DNA of 64,000 nucleotides from Squalus acanthias (lineage: Eukaryota), in assembly GCA_030390025.1 (NCBI GenBank), contig CM059425.1:162814001-162878000 (forward strand), in the 5' to 3' direction. Positions 61,368 to 64,000 of this stretch are shown in pieces (position 1 is the first letter of the stretch; every line of letters starts with the position of its first letter). The position numbers and the translations under genes were made by a program. The notes below the pieces were generated by a model that searched no databases, was not told where the DNA came from, and worked only from the letters and a program-made list of their open reading frames with translations.

Positions 61368-63126
61368 TTATAATGGGGAATAAAGAAATGGCAGACCAAT
61401 TAAATACATACTTTGGTTCTGTCTTCACAAAGGAGGACACAAATAACCTCCCAGAGACGTCGGGGAACATAGGGTCTAATGAGAGGGAAGAACTGAATGA
61501 AATCAGTATTTGTAGGGAAATGGTGTTCGGGAAATTGACGGGATTGAAGGCCGATAAATCCCCAGGGCCTGATAATCTACATCCTAGGGTACTTAAGGAA
61601 GTGGCCCTAGAAATAGTAGATGCATTGCTGGTCATCTTCCAAAATTCTATAGACTCTGGAACAGTTTCCATGGATTGGAGGGTAGCTAATGTAACCCCAC
61701 TATTTAAAAAAGGTTGTAGAGAGAAAACGGGGAATTATAGTAAGCCTGACATCGGTAGTGGGGAAAATGCTAGAGTCCATTATAAAAGATGTAATAGCAG
61801 AGCACTTGGAAAACAGTGACAGTATCGGACAAAGTCAACATGGATTTACAAAAGGTAAATCATGCTTGACTAATCTACTGTAATCTTTTGAGGATGTAAC
61901 TGGTAGAATAGATAAGGGAGAACCAGTGGATGTGGTGTATTTGGACTTTCAGAAGGCTTTCGATAAGGTCCCGCATAAGAGATTAGTGTGCAAAGTTAAA
62001 GCACATGGGATTGGGGGTAAGGTACTAACTTGAATAGAGAACTGGTTGGCAGACAGGAAGCAAAGAGTTGGAATAAATGGGTCTTTTTCCGAGTGGCAGG
62101 CAGTGACTAGTGGGGTACCGCAGGGGTCGGTGCTAGGACCCCAGCTATTCACAATATATATTAATGATCTAGACGAGGGAACTAGATGTAATATCTCCAA
62201 GTTTGCAGATGACACAAAGCTGGGTGGACGTGTGTGCTGTGAGGAGGATGCAAAGAAACTCCAGTATGATTTGGACAGGTTGGGTGATTGGGCAGATGCA
62301 TGGCAGATGCAGTATAATGTGGATAAATGCGAGGTTATCCACTTTGGTGGCAAAAACAGGAAGACAGATTATTATCTGAACGGCAATAGATTGGGAAAAG
62401 GGGAAGTGCAACGAGACCTGGGTGTCCTTGTGCACCAGTCGCTGAAGGTAAGCATGCAGGTGCAGCAGGCGGTTAAGAAGGCAAATGGTATGTTGGCCTT
62501 CATAGCGAGAGGATTTGAGTACAGGAGCAAGGATGTCTTGCTGCAGTTGTACAAGGCCTTGGTGAGACCACACCTTGAGTATTGTGTGCAGTTTTGGTTG
62601 CCTTATCTGAGGAAGGATGTTCTTGCCATGGAGGGAGTGCAGCGAAGATTCAACAGACTGATACCTGGGATGGCAGGAATGATGTATGAAGAGAGATTGG
62701 GTCGATTAGGCTTATATTCACTAGAGTTTAAAAGAATGAGAGGGGATCTCATTGAAACTTATAAAATTCTAACAGGACTAGACAGACTAGATGCAGGAAT
62801 GATGTTCCCGATGGCGGGGGAGTCCAGAACCAGAGGTCACAGTCTAAGGATAAGGGGTAAGCCATTTAGGACTGAGATGAGGAGGAATTTCTTCACCCAG
62901 AGAGTGATGAACCTGTGGAATTCTCTACCACAGAAGGCAGTTGAGGCCAAATCATTAAATATATTTAAGAAGGAGTTAGATATATTTCTTAAGGCTAAAG
63001 GGGTCAAGGGATATGGGGAGAAAGCAGGGACAGGGTACTGAATTTGGATGATCAGCCATGATCTCATTAAATGGCTCGAGGGGCCGAATAGCCTACTCCT
63101 GCTCCTATCTTCTATGTTTCTATGTT
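61368..63126 (+). mobile_element. 5'-truncated CR1 LINE, same family as 43470-48283
   Basis: ORFs 61361-61819 and 62046-63041 align with the intact ORF2 and share the C-terminus GYGEKAGTGY. Confidence 0.95.
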
Positions 63127-64000
63127 GCAGGGGCTTCAATCACAACATTTTATAATGAGAATCGCCTTGTGTAAAAGACTGCACACTTTAGTATCCGAGT
63201 TGTACCACAGTGTTTAATTGTTACAGTTTGTGTCTGTTTTTGTTTTTTAAATACTTTATGTAGCAATATATTCATGTGCAGTTTCATAAAACAATATCTT
63301 GCTTGTCCTGTACACTAAGTGAAGCTCACCCCACTGGGAAATCCCTTGAATTCACTTCCATTGTTGCTTCAAAAATGTTGGTGCATTTACACATCGGAAT
63401 TTTTTAGGAAAAGGTCAGGTGTGACGACTTCGAGTGATTTCATGTGATGTATATCAATTTTGACAAATGTGAGGCCCGAAATTCCGCCCTGGCCCAGTGT
63501 AGCTGCCAGAGGGGAGCCTAAAAATGGAGTGGGATCCAGTTCTGCCAGAATTACAGCCCATGGAGAGGAGGCTGGCAAATTCTGGTAGGTCACCTTTGGC
63601 CTGCCCTCCCTACAGCTCGAAGGTGTATCTGGGGGAGTTCCTGGCCACCTGCAGCTATGGATGACGACCCTGTCCCATGTTGCACGGATGGGGTGATAGC
63701 ATGTTGGTGGCGGGTGTGACAGTGACACCTATCGTGATGGAGGCATAGAATGTCAGAGTAGCTTTGACATAGCAGAGGAGTCCCAGCAAGAAAAGGAGCT
63801 GTATAAATATTCTATTTTTATTTAAAGCACCCACACGATGAGAAAGATATTCTTCTCATTGCCATATGGGTATGATTCAGACATAGTAGATCGTGACAGC
63901 TGAAACAAAACCCAATCTTTTAGTTCTTCAATCCGTGGTTAAATGACAAAGACAAGGAATTACCATAGCAACAGAAATTGTCAAACTATTTAATATTGAT

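Overview
Eukaryotic, vertebrate genomic DNA. The repeat content (abundant CR1-clade LINEs, Deu/V-type SINEs, Penelope elements, PIF/Harbinger transposons) suggests a cartilaginous fish; this is an inference. Most of the window is transposon-derived. Main elements: (i) a full-length CR1 LINE (43470-48283, +) with an 83-bp tandem array at its 5' end, an intact zinc-finger/SGNH-esterase ORF1 and an intact APE-RT ORF2. ORF2 has no usable AUG and overlaps ORF1 in the -1 frame exactly at a U_UUA_AAC slippery heptamer, and the same motif is kept in a second, divergent CR1 copy, so this is a candidate -1 programmed ribosomal frameshift. (ii) A 5'-truncated but ORF-intact Gypsy element with atypical YLDN (RT) and DSC (protease) motifs, nested inside a ~1.67-kb solo LTR with an ACTG TSD. 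(iii) One decayed two-gene Harbinger element plus many Myb/SANT-only derivatives and MITEs with 3-bp TSDs. (iv) Three Penelope-derived inserts carrying minimal hammerhead-ribozyme-like motifs. (v) Small phase-compatible minus-strand exons and a TATA/CCAAT promoter of an unidentified host gene whose introns hold most of these repeats. All calls come from reading the sequence by eye; no database search was run.
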